This document shows, in pieces, positions 1 to 7,686 of a stretch of 27,006 bases of DNA; positions within the stretch are counted from its first letter, which is position 1; every line of letters begins with the position of its first letter. The notes under the pieces were generated by a model. It was not told where the DNA came from, made no database searches, and saw only the letters and a list, made by a program, of their open reading frames with translations. The stretch lies in assembly GCA_048882045.1 (NCBI GenBank), contig JBHLRZ010000039.1, forward strand, positions 1-27,006, in the 5' to 3' direction. The DNA comes from Candidatus Thorarchaeota archaeon (lineage in GTDB: Archaea > Asgardarchaeota > Thorarchaeia > Thorarchaeales > Thorarchaeaceae). Position numbers and translations under genes: made by a program.

Positions 1-213
1 GGAGAGTATCTATCAGTTCAGTTGGACTCCAATGGGATCCCGCATGTTGCTTGGTCTGATGGCAGGAACAATGAGATGGACATTTGCTATGCTCACGGAG
101 TCAATGAAACAACAGCGTATCCAGACATGGTGACTATTATCACAGGGTCAGTGATTTTCGCGGTTGTGATTATTCTGATATACGCAATAAGACGTCGGAG
201 TAGTAAAGAATAG
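1..213 (+). CDS. C-terminal fragment of a membrane-anchored extracellular protein (beta-propeller/BNR-like repeat, C-terminal TM helix)
   Basis: Frame open from base 1 (GEYLSVQLDSNGIPHVAWSDGRNNEMDICYA), then a hydrophobic helix and basic tail RRRSSKE; runs off the left edge. Confidence 0.7.
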   Translation, partial: GEYLSVQLDSNGIPHVAWSDGRNNEMDICYAHGVNETTAYPDMVTIITGSVIFAVVIILIYAIRRRSSKE

Positions 214-269
214 GGAGTAACAATGAAGATTCCCCTTTCACACAACCCAGTCATCCCCTATCCCTACTC
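212..269 (+). repeat. Degenerate copy of the dispersed repeat family
   Basis: AGGGAGTAACA...GATTCCCCTTTCACACAACCCAGTCATCCCCTAT matches the 23646 copy at 24/34 positions by manual alignment. Confidence 0.5.
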
Positions 270-285
270 AGATGGAGATAAATAA

Positions 286-300
286 CATGACAGCGTTATA
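286..300. promoter_or_regulatory. Putative autoregulatory operator (TATAACG-N-CGTTATA family)
   Basis: CATGACA-G-CGTTATA directly after an AT-rich TATA-like box (277-285) and 20 nt before ATG 321. Confidence 0.5.
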
Positions 301-320
301 CAGAAAAGGTTGTTTTCTGA

Positions 321-707
321 ATGCGTCCTCCATGTGAATCAATTGTGTCTGCTGTCCTTCCTGCCATTCGTTCTCTAATCGCTCGAGAGCTCATTGAGAA
401 CCACTCCATGACTCAGACACAAGTCGCGGAAATTCTGGGTACAACACAATCAGCTGTCAGTCAGTATCAGAAGCAGAAACGAGGTGACCAATTGACTGAT
501 GCACTTGGATCTTTACCTGAGGTAAAAGAGGCGATTGAGAACCTTATTGTCAAAATCACTTCGAAGGACAGACTAGAGAAAGAATCGGTCAAGACAATCT
601 GTTCAATCTGCATGTCCCTGAGGACTGACGGAACGATTTGTGCAATACATCACACTCATTCTGAGGGGCAGGAAGATTGTGATGTATGCAGGCTAGTGAC
701 CGACTGA
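321..707 (+). CDS. Archaeal HTH transcriptional regulator (COG2522-like) with Cys/His metal-binding tail
   Basis: MRPPCE start; HTH MTQTQVAEILGTTQSAVSQY; C-terminal CxxC...CxxH...CxxC. Confidence 0.85.
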   Translation: MRPPCESIVSAVLPAIRSLIARELIENHSMTQTQVAEILGTTQSAVSQYQKQKRGDQLTDALGSLPEVKEAIENLIVKITSKDRLEKESVKTICSICMSLRTDGTICAIHHTHSEGQEDCDVCRLVTD

Positions 708-725
708 CCTGTTTCTCAAAAGAAA

Positions 726-805
726 TATAACGGCGGAATAATAATAGCAGCGCTAGGTATAACGCCGTTATACTTCAGGGTCTGTCAAGTATGACGTTGT
801 TGTAT
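726..805. promoter_or_regulatory. Phased array of three palindromic sites, 32-bp period
   Basis: Half-sites start at 726, 758 and 790; central site GTATAACGCCGTTATAC (757-773) is a perfect palindrome around one base. Confidence 0.6.
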
Positions 806-939
806 TTCTGGCATACACACGAATCATCCTCCCAATGTCAGAAGCACAGGCTTTCCAGATACACCCATACACGGAGTTGTTGAACAGCATCAACAGGACA
901 TCTCGCTCAGATCCTATTTCTAGGATTTGGGTCAATTAG

Positions 940-974
940 GGGCTCTGTCGTTTTTCCCGACAGAGCCCTTTCTT
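940..974 (+). terminator. Strong hairpin, possible terminator
   Basis: GGGCTCTGTCG (940-950) / CGACAGAGCCC (958-968), 11-bp perfect stem followed by TTTCTT. Confidence 0.45.
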
Positions 975-987
975 GAAGCGAGGTGAG

Positions 988-1027
988 CGTTGTACTTTGG
1001 AATCTGTCAAGGATAGCGGCGTTATGC
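988..1027. promoter_or_regulatory. Degenerate duplicate of 766-805 carrying further operator-like sites
   Basis: 27/40 identity to 766-805 including TCTGTCAAG; contains GATAGCG-G-CGTTATG (1012-1026). Confidence 0.5.
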
Positions 1028-1150
1028 TCAGCGTGTTCAGAGGTCTAAATGACATCTAGGAGTAGATGAAAGAATATACGTAAGGCATCAACAATTGGCT
1101 ATTTTTTCGGAACGGTTTATTTATTGAAACCAACACATGGTGGAAATGAA

Positions 1151-1762
1151 ATGTCTCGATCAATCTATGTCTATGCAGGACTCTTTGGCCCAATCATTTA
1201 CACGATAATTCTCTTCACTCTTGGGGCTCTAGAACCAGGATACAACCCGATTAGTCAATCCATGAGTGAACTGGGTGATGTCGATGCTCCTTATGCCATT
1301 GTCATGAACACTCTTGGTTTTCCCCTGTTGGGCATCTGTTTCATGCTCTTTGCTGTAGGACTACACCAGAATATAACATCGGGCGAAGGCACTAGAATTG
1401 GACCCTTTTTGATTGTAGCATCAGGTGTTTTTCTTGTTCTGACAGGAATCTTTCAGTGTGATGCAGGTTGTATCGATGTGACAACCATTGGCGAACTACA
1501 CAGTTTCTTTGCAACCTTAGCTGCTCTTGTGATGATTCCCGTCCCACTTGCAATAATACCACGAATATATTCGAATCATTCCTGGCGCTCCTATGTGTGG
1601 TTTAGTTGGGCAGTAATGATCCTGACAAGCCTATTCTCTCTTCTATACATGTTTCCGGACCTTCAACCTTTTGAGGGATTGCTTCAACGTCTTGCGATTG
1701 CTGGTCCACTCATTTGGATGATGATAACAGCAGTCAAAATTCTAGGAGAAGGTAACCAATGA
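1151..1762 (+). CDS. DUF998-family membrane protein
   Basis: PGYNPISQSMSELG, GIFQCDAGC, LH and GLLQRL motifs; 5-6 TM helices; ATG 1151 preferred over TTG 1124. Confidence 0.85.
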   Translation: MSRSIYVYAGLFGPIIYTIILFTLGALEPGYNPISQSMSELGDVDAPYAIVMNTLGFPLLGICFMLFAVGLHQNITSGEGTRIGPFLIVASGVFLVLTGIFQCDAGCIDVTTIGELHSFFATLAALVMIPVPLAIIPRIYSNHSWRSYVWFSWAVMILTSLFSLLYMFPDLQPFEGLLQRLAIAGPLIWMMITAVKILGEGNQ

Positions 1763-2226
1763 CGCTTCAGAACTCTTTAGCCAGATATCATAGGGTTGTA
1801 CTATACGTGACTACACTTGGATTGGCTGTTTATGGTGTGATGGCAATGATAAACCCTGAAGTACTCGCTGCAGGATTTCATACATTCACTGACCAGGACT
1901 GGCTACTGTTCCAAACAGGAAACAGTGTTGTTGCTGCGTACATCGTCCTCCTGTGGAGGCTTATTGGGATTTTCAATTTGATGGCAGGTGTAGTATTATC
2001 ATTCATAGTTTGGAAGTGGCTCAAGTTTGGAAATAGTTGGTCTTGGATCACTTTGTTCACTGGTACAATATTGGCATATCTAGGCCCAATAATAACGGAC
2101 CTTACAGTACAGAGTATAGAGATCTTTGAGGTGATTGAATTTGCTCTATTTGGTCTCTTTCTAATAACGATGCTTCTTATGAGGAACAAATACTGGGCAG
2201 CTCTTGAAAAAGATGGGGGAATGTAA
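1759..2226 (+). CDS. Hypothetical 4-TM membrane protein
   Basis: ATGA overlap with the DUF998 stop; four hydrophobic segments. Confidence 0.7.
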   Translation: MTLQNSLARYHRVVLYVTTLGLAVYGVMAMINPEVLAAGFHTFTDQDWLLFQTGNSVVAAYIVLLWRLIGIFNLMAGVVLSFIVWKWLKFGNSWSWITLFTGTILAYLGPIITDLTVQSIEIFEVIEFALFGLFLITMLLMRNKYWAALEKDGGM

Positions 2227-2280
2227 AGTAAGCTTACCTCGAATATGAAATCACATGGTAACCAAGATGGGTGATGAAAA

Positions 2281-2646
2281 ATGAATTCAAAAGAATCTTT
2301 GATACTACTAGTGCATGCAATCGTGATCTACTTTGTATGCTTTGCAGTGATGGGAATAAGCATGGCAACGCTGACCATTGATATGGCTTTGATAGCACAT
2401 GCTGCAGCCGCACCGTTTGTTTCAGCGATCTTCTCATACATATACTATAAGAAATTCAACTATACAAGCCCGCTCGTCACAGCGTTGGTGATAGTTTTCA
2501 CAGTAATCTTTCTCGACTTCTTTCTAACTGCTACGATAATCCTTCAAGACTATGCAATGTTCTATAGTGTAATTGGTACTTGGATACCCTTTGCATTGAT
2601 TTTCACAGCAGCATTGTTAGTTGGTATCTATATGAATAGGGATTGA
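2281..2646 (+). CDS. Hypothetical 4-TM membrane protein
   Basis: GGTGA RBS-like motif upstream; four hydrophobic segments. Confidence 0.7.
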   Translation: MNSKESLILLVHAIVIYFVCFAVMGISMATLTIDMALIAHAAAAPFVSAIFSYIYYKKFNYTSPLVTALVIVFTVIFLDFFLTATIILQDYAMFYSVIGTWIPFALIFTAALLVGIYMNRD

Positions 2647-2751
2647 TTGGTTAGACTGTTTGGAGGATGTGAGGTTGGAAGAACGTGGCGACGAAAGGAC
2701 AGTGTGTGGACATTTTGATTGGTATTGTGAATTATAAAGAGATGAACAAAA

Positions 2752-2952
2752 ATGGAAGAAATTAAAGCAGATTTGGCATCAGAGGGTCTTTCCCCAAGGA
2801 AACTAGTAAGTCTCGTCCTATACGCAGTTGCATTAGCGATGGGAGTTATTACAATAATACTACCAATGCTCGGCCAATCAGTCGATCAATCTCTTTCTGG
2901 GATTGCTCTGATTTGTCTGGGAATTGCTGGTCTTGACCAAATTACGAATTAA
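2752..2952 (+). CDS. Small 2-TM membrane protein
   Basis: 66 aa with two hydrophobic helices; followed by a terminator. Confidence 0.65.
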   Translation: MEEIKADLASEGLSPRKLVSLVLYAVALAMGVITIILPMLGQSVDQSLSGIALICLGIAGLDQITN

Positions 2953-2956
2953 CAGC

Positions 2957-2988
2957 AAAACCCGTGTCACTGACACGGGGTTTTTTTT
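2957..2988. terminator. Hairpin plus T-tract terminator between convergent genes
   Basis: AAAA-CCCGTGTCA-C-TGACACGGG-G-TTTTTTTT. Confidence 0.8.
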
Positions 2989-3037
2989 ATTCGGATGGTC
3001 GGTTCATTTGTGAAAATCTTTGGTAGTCTAATATGAT

Positions 3038-3571
3038 CTAAAGCCTTCCAGTGCGTCTCATCCAACTGCGAATCCTGCTTTTAGCCCATCGATAATGATT
3101 GGCAGTGTTGGCGAGTATAAATCCACCAATAGTATCCTTACCAGTCCATTGATACCTACCAATCTTAAAGAGGTCCTTTTCAGGAATATCATTTACAGTT
3201 TCAAGTACCTTTTCAAAAGAGGATTGGAACTCCTTCTTGATGTCCGATAGTGCTCTGCCCTGATACTTGTCGAAAATTCTTTGATTCAGAATACGTAGTT
3301 GGCTCCACTTGAGTCCAGGAGCAGGAGTTTCAGGAACCTCTCCTCTTAGTCCTGCATCATACCATCCGAGGAATCTCTGTTCCCAATCGAAGAGATGAGC
3401 TAGTATGTCCTTAACGGACCACTCTCCTATTACACCTGACTCTATCATGTCTGCATCGGAGAGAGAGGTGAGATTCTTCTCTAGTCTTCGTCGTTCAATA
3501 TGGATACTCTCCATTATTCTCTCTTTGTTCCAACGTTTTCTCATATTGATTAACTCCTCTTTCACAATCAT
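3038..3571 (-). CDS. ClbS/DfsB (DUF1706)-like DinB-superfamily four-helix bundle protein
   Basis: WSVKDILAHLFDWE, PAPGLKWSQL, W-TG and NTANHYRWA motifs; true start may be the internal MRKRW. Confidence 0.8.
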   Translation of the reverse strand: MIVKEELINMRKRWNKERIMESIHIERRRLEKNLTSLSDADMIESGVIGEWSVKDILAHLFDWEQRFLGWYDAGLRGEVPETPAPGLKWSQLRILNQRIFDKYQGRALSDIKKEFQSSFEKVLETVNDIPEKDLFKIGRYQWTGKDTIGGFILANTANHYRWAKSRIRSWMRRTGRL

Positions 3572-4236
3572 CTATTACTATGATTACTATCAATGAGAAC
3601 CATTAGGTCCTTGAATAACATAGGATCGGTGAAAAATGCCCCCATCATCCCGATGAATCGAGTTGTGTCGTTCATCCAGCTTATATCGATTTCACTGATA
3701 ATCGATGTTAATTGCTCTGAGCTCTCGCATCTCTTGAACAACTGTCTTACAGTCTTTTCCCAAAGTTCAAAGAATCTCTCCAATAGTTCCTTAATCTTGG
3801 ATTTTTCTGCTATAGAAACCTCAAAAAACTCTGAGATTAAGCTGGACAACTGCATAAGATAGTTTTGTCCTGCACTTGAGCGCCACCATTTCTGTATTTC
3901 CGCACTCTCTTGGGGAAAGAAGACATCTGCAGTGCAGCTGTACAATTTCTCTATTTGACGACTGCCTTCATATTTTCTATAACCCACTACTTTTACCAAT
4001 TCTGACTTCTCTAGGTTGTATAAATCACGATAAAGAGTCTTCAATGCCCTGCTGTAGGTTGGCCTATCATGATTAACTAGAAATTGTCTATGAATCTCTT
4101 TGACAGTCAGGAACTTGCAACAAAGAGCTCGAATAATCTCGATATGATTGTTCATTAATGCATGTTGATCCTTGTCAAGTAGCTTGATCCGGGCCGGTCT
4201 TTCTCCTATTGTATCCTTGTAGGCAGAAGTAGTCAT
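3568..4236 (-). CDS. Winged-helix transcriptional regulator
   Basis: LTVKEIH...KTLYRDLYNLEKSELVKVVG...EKLY wHTH pattern; GAGGTGA RBS upstream. Confidence 0.7.
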   Translation of the reverse strand: MTTSAYKDTIGERPARIKLLDKDQHALMNNHIEIIRALCCKFLTVKEIHRQFLVNHDRPTYSRALKTLYRDLYNLEKSELVKVVGYRKYEGSRQIEKLYSCTADVFFPQESAEIQKWWRSSAGQNYLMQLSSLISEFFEVSIAEKSKIKELLERFFELWEKTVRQLFKRCESSEQLTSIISEIDISWMNDTTRFIGMMGAFFTDPMLFKDLMVLIDSNHSNR

Positions 4237-4290
4237 CTAATCACCTCATATAATGCACTCATTGATACTTGGTCTTTGGGGGGAAAAGGA

Positions 4291-4339
4291 TTTATATAAA
4301 CATTCTCTCTATCATAGCACGGTTCTCATATAATGAGAA
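4291..4339 (+). promoter_or_regulatory. TATA box and palindromic operator in a divergent promoter
   Basis: GAAAAGGA-TTTATATA (BRE/TATA-like, 4291-4298); TTCTCAT-ATA-ATGAGAA (4323-4339). Confidence 0.55.
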
Positions 4340-4355
4340 TCGTTGAGGGATAAAT

Positions 4356-4583
4356 ATGGAAAACCGGCTTCATGCAATTGACTATGATAAGATATTGAAA
4401 CGGATTGAAGAGATACTCGAATCATATGGAATAAGTTTGAATGATCTGTTGAGCCATACGGGAAGGAACCGATTCTCTGAATATGAAAGAAGTGACTGTT
4501 GTTCACAAGTAGATACAGAAATGTGCTGTCCCGAAGGTGAACAGTTACTTGACGACTTTGATGAGTTTGATTGGCAAACATAG
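4356..4583 (+). CDS. Small acidic protein with two Cys-Cys pairs (possible metal-binding peptide)
   Basis: 75 aa, SDCCSQ...MCCPE, acidic tail; lies behind TATA box and operator. Confidence 0.55.
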   Translation: MENRLHAIDYDKILKRIEEILESYGISLNDLLSHTGRNRFSEYERSDCCSQVDTEMCCPEGEQLLDDFDEFDWQT

Positions 4584-4637
4584 ACTCTTCCAATCATGAG
4601 TTCTGATGTTTGTAAGTAGTTCAGGACGGGATTTGGA

Positions 4638-5354
4638 GTGAGAGGATCTGATGAACTGAGTTCGACTCCTAGGAGTATCAGTAACCAATCAGGAGACAAA
4701 TTCTCACAAGTGCAAACACCATTGCTCCTAGTTGAACTCTCAATTGTCATGCTATTCTTTTTTTGTCTAACTTTCCTAGTAGGGGAAGTGGCATTTGGAG
4801 TCCCAATTGTTTACATTCTAGCAGATTCAGTAAGACACAATCGAAGAAAGGAAGATTTTGGTTTAAAACATGAAAGTTTTGTTAGCGATCTCCATAAGAA
4901 TGCAAGTCTGGTCGTTTTAGGTGTTATTGTTATCCAGAGTACAATAGTCTTGGGGAGTCTAATACTCTTTCCACCCTATCTCCAGTATATTATAACTAAT
5001 CGAGCTTGGTCGATTAACATGAGTTTTGGAATGTTCGTTTTCATGCTATTCTCAATACCGCTTACAACAATGCTCGAAGAAGTCATATTTAGAGGACTAG
5101 TTCAGGAAAGACTTGGTTGGTTCTTCAATAAAAAAGCATCTTTGACAATAGCATCATTCCTGTTTGCTGCAATTCACTGGATACCGGATGATGTATTCAT
5201 TATCCTGATTGACTTGATAGCGATAGCAGCTGGTGGTTTTGTTTATGGAATAATATACATGAGGTGCAGGAATGTCTACATAGCATGGTTTGCTCATATG
5301 TTTTCAGACCTGTACGGCATAGTTCTGTTATTTATCATTTTCAATGTCTTGTGA
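4638..5354 (+). CDS. CPBP (Abi/CAAX) intramembrane glutamic endopeptidase
   Basis: EEVIFRG, FAAIH and AHMFSD motifs; start uncertain. Confidence 0.85.
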   Translation: MRGSDELSSTPRSISNQSGDKFSQVQTPLLLVELSIVMLFFFCLTFLVGEVAFGVPIVYILADSVRHNRRKEDFGLKHESFVSDLHKNASLVVLGVIVIQSTIVLGSLILFPPYLQYIITNRAWSINMSFGMFVFMLFSIPLTTMLEEVIFRGLVQERLGWFFNKKASLTIASFLFAAIHWIPDDVFIILIDLIAIAAGGFVYGIIYMRCRNVYIAWFAHMFSDLYGIVLLFIIFNVL

Positions 5355-5433
5355 ATAGAGTGACCCGTTGGTCAATCACGGAGTTTCACCATTTGTTGCT
5401 ATGAGTCCAAATACATCAAAATGAAGAAGGTGC

Positions 5434-5808
5434 TCACTGAATGAAGCCACCAATGAATTGAGATTTGATACTCACATCAATCCCAGATCCTGCGACCTTC
5501 TTCATCATCTCCAAGGCGTAATCGTTGGGTGTGCCATAAATCTCAATGCTGGTTGGTTCAATGAGTTTGTAGGTTATTTTTGTTCGCTGATCAGCTCCCT
5601 GTAATTGCAAATCCAAAGATTCTGCATTAGGAAAGACACGGATGATGTCCACTTCAGTAGCATCGTCATTGATGTATGCAAGCTGAAGAATCGTGCCGCT
5701 CTTGCTTTTCTTTGTCAACGGGATGCTTTTCAGGTAATGATTATTGAAATCATCAAGCATCCCTTCCTTTATGCGGTTACGGATGATGAATACAACGGGG
5801 TCGGTCAT
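5434..5808 (-). CDS. Dimeric alpha/beta-barrel (ABM-like) protein
   Basis: 124 aa; IKEG..DDF, FPNAESLDLQ and IEIYGTP pattern; GGTGA RBS. Confidence 0.6.
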   Translation of the reverse strand: MTDPVVFIIRNRIKEGMLDDFNNHYLKSIPLTKKSKSGTILQLAYINDDATEVDIIRVFPNAESLDLQLQGADQRTKITYKLIEPTSIEIYGTPNDYALEMMKKVAGSGIDVSIKSQFIGGFIQ

Positions 5809-5832
5809 CTGTCACCATTCTTCAAACGATTC

Positions 5833-6264
5833 TTAGGTTTCAGACTCGATGAGTTGCTTCATATTGCGGCCGCTCCGCTCCATGCGGCTAGTTATGAAAC
5901 TCTTATCCATTGACTCATCCATTCCAGGAATGTCAATAGAGGTCGTCACAGTGGTTTGGGAATCGTTTACAGCCTTGAATGTTATTCGTCCGCGCATTTC
6001 AGCAGGGCCATCATGAATGACCGTTCCAATCACTTGGTTAGGTTCAAATTCCACCACTTCCATGGTCCCCTCAATGGGAGTCCCACTACGGTTGTTACGC
6101 CTCTGAATAATCGTCCCGACTCCAATTGGACCATCTGACTCCAGCCAGAGCTCTATGTCTGGATCCCAGCGAGGGTGGTTGCGGACGTGCTGTTCAGCAA
6201 CGAAATGGAAAACTGTGGTCACAGGTCGATTGATTACTTGCGAATATCGAATTTGTACTGCCAT
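5833..6264 (-). CDS. SRPBCC / polyketide cyclase family protein
   Basis: INRPVTTVFHFVA, NHPRWDP, GPIGVGT and VVEFEPN motifs; ATG 6264. Confidence 0.85.
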   Translation of the reverse strand: MAVQIRYSQVINRPVTTVFHFVAEQHVRNHPRWDPDIELWLESDGPIGVGTIIQRRNNRSGTPIEGTMEVVEFEPNQVIGTVIHDGPAEMRGRITFKAVNDSQTTVTTSIDIPGMDESMDKSFITSRMERSGRNMKQLIESET

Positions 6265-6276
6265 TGCTCTCGCCAG

Positions 6277-6300
6277 ATATATTAACAATAGTTAATATAT
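6277..6300. promoter_or_regulatory. Perfect inverted repeat, putative operator of the SRPBCC-ABM pair
   Basis: ATATATTAAC-AATA-GTTAATATAT, 12 nt upstream of ATG 6264. Confidence 0.6.
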
Positions 6301-6391
6301 TCTTTGGGCGATATAATCCTTCCGTTAGGTAATAATCAAATTATATTGACTAGCCATTGGACTATTTGTAAAGAGCCTAAATCAAAGTGAT

Positions 6392-6516
6392 AGGGTGGAT
6401 TAACAGGTGAGGGTTACAAAAGTTCCGTGTCGGGTAAACTGATGATTGCACCGCGTTCCCCGACGTTTGACCTGTACATCTCTCGGTCCGAAGACAGAGC
6501 AAGCTGTTTCACAATT
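6392..6516 (+). repeat. Dispersed repeat, long form with internal insertion
   Basis: AGGGTGGATTAACAGGTGAG...AAAGTTCC...CCTGTACATCTCTCGGTCCGAAGACAGAGCAAGCTGTTTCACAATT; right half nearly identical to the 10406 and 26178 copies. Confidence 0.85.
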
Positions 6517-6680
6517 CGATGGCTCAAGAGGAAGATTGCTTATTATTATTGCTTCAATCTCTAAAATTACTTGAAATAACACCTGGATCTCTACCTGTCA
6601 GAATCAACAGAATCAGTCTCGTCAATGGCTGTGACAATAAGAGAAGCAATTTGTCCAATTCCTCTTCCTGTCGCTCATCA

Positions 6681-7475
6681 CTATTCACTTTCCATCGACT
6701 CCAGTTCCTCGACTTTCTTGATCGCAGCATCAGCAATACCAATGGCGAATGGAGCTGTAAATAACGAAATCATGATTAGAGCAACTCCGGTCTGGGATAC
6801 CCAAGGTATGGCTCCTGAAGCTGCAAGTAGAATATAGAGTGCCATAAACAAAACAGAGGGAAACGCGAATGCTCCAAAGACTAGGAAGTTCCCTCTGTTG
6901 GGGGACCGCATGAGAAACCAGTCTTGAGAAATGAGAAGAAGAACTGATAGTCCTAAGTCATATTTCCTAGCGAGTTTTACGATATTGTTGATTGAGATTA
7001 TAGTTAGCCCAATGCTTAGTGCGAAACAAACAAACCCGAAAACAAAACCAAGCGGATTGGTCACAAACATCCCTATTAAACTGATGAACATGAATAGAAT
7101 ACCGAAGAAACTCCCGATTTGGCTTTTGAATAGCTCGAGCTCTTCTCTGGGAGTCATTGAGATAACTGCGGAGAGAACACCGTATCTGTCAACCTGAGGT
7201 TCTTGTCTAACCTGGTCTATCAGAATGAGTGCGTTTCGACCAAGGTTACTTATCTTGTACTCACTATCCACACTCTCAATAAGACCTGCCTCTGTCAACT
7301 CCTTGAGATGATAATTGAATGTACCACTTTCTTGAGAAGGAATAAGACCGAGGATTTGCATCATCTCTGTGTATGACGCACTACCTTTCTTAGCGATGAG
7401 TTGCATGATCTCTCTTCTCCTGGAGTTTGACAGTGCCTTCAGCACTCCTTCATCATGGCCATTTGAATTCATCAT
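6681..7475 (-). CDS. ArsR-like wHTH regulator fused to about 4 TM helices
   Basis: VLKALSNSRRREIMQLI...GTFNYHLKEL..AGLIE followed by hydrophobic segments; ATG 7475 or 7472 preferred over TTG 7559. Confidence 0.8.
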   Translation of the reverse strand: MMNSNGHDEGVLKALSNSRRREIMQLIAKKGSASYTEMMQILGLIPSQESGTFNYHLKELTEAGLIESVDSEYKISNLGRNALILIDQVRQEPQVDRYGVLSAVISMTPREELELFKSQIGSFFGILFMFISLIGMFVTNPLGFVFGFVCFALSIGLTIISINNIVKLARKYDLGLSVLLLISQDWFLMRSPNRGNFLVFGAFAFPSVLFMALYILLAASGAIPWVSQTGVALIMISLFTAPFAIGIADAAIKKVEELESMESE

Positions 7476-7580
7476 CAGTATCAAGTAGTATCTTGTTCTG
7501 TAGTTATTTAAGCCATTTTCACGAAATTTTTCGACAACAACTTCTATTCGAATATTCAATACCTTGTAAATGCAAAATAG

Positions 7581-7663
7581 AAAGAGTGCTCAACAGAGAG
7601 CGGATGGGAAAGTTCCTTGTTCACCCGACTCTATCAGCCTCTACTCCTTCAGGAGCTGATGTC
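7581..7663 (+). repeat. Dispersed repeat copy
   Basis: AAAGAGTGCTCAACAGAGAG...GGAAAGTTCCTTGTTCACCCGACTCTATCAGCCTCTACTCCTTCAGGAGCTGATGTC. Confidence 0.8.
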
Positions 7664-7686
7664 TTATGATTTCTTTAGAAACTGGT

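Noticed and set aside
840-910. Ferredoxin pseudogene or selenoprotein (minus strand TGA-ARCPVDAV)
   Set aside because: Only a CPVDA fragment; no CxxCxxC and no identifiable start or SECIS
6325-6351. dif-like Xer site
   Set aside because: ATAA-N5-TTAT spacing rather than the required 6-bp spacer
6439-6445. Hammerhead core CUGAUGA
   Set aside because: Present in one copy's insertion only; no correctly placed GAAA or stems
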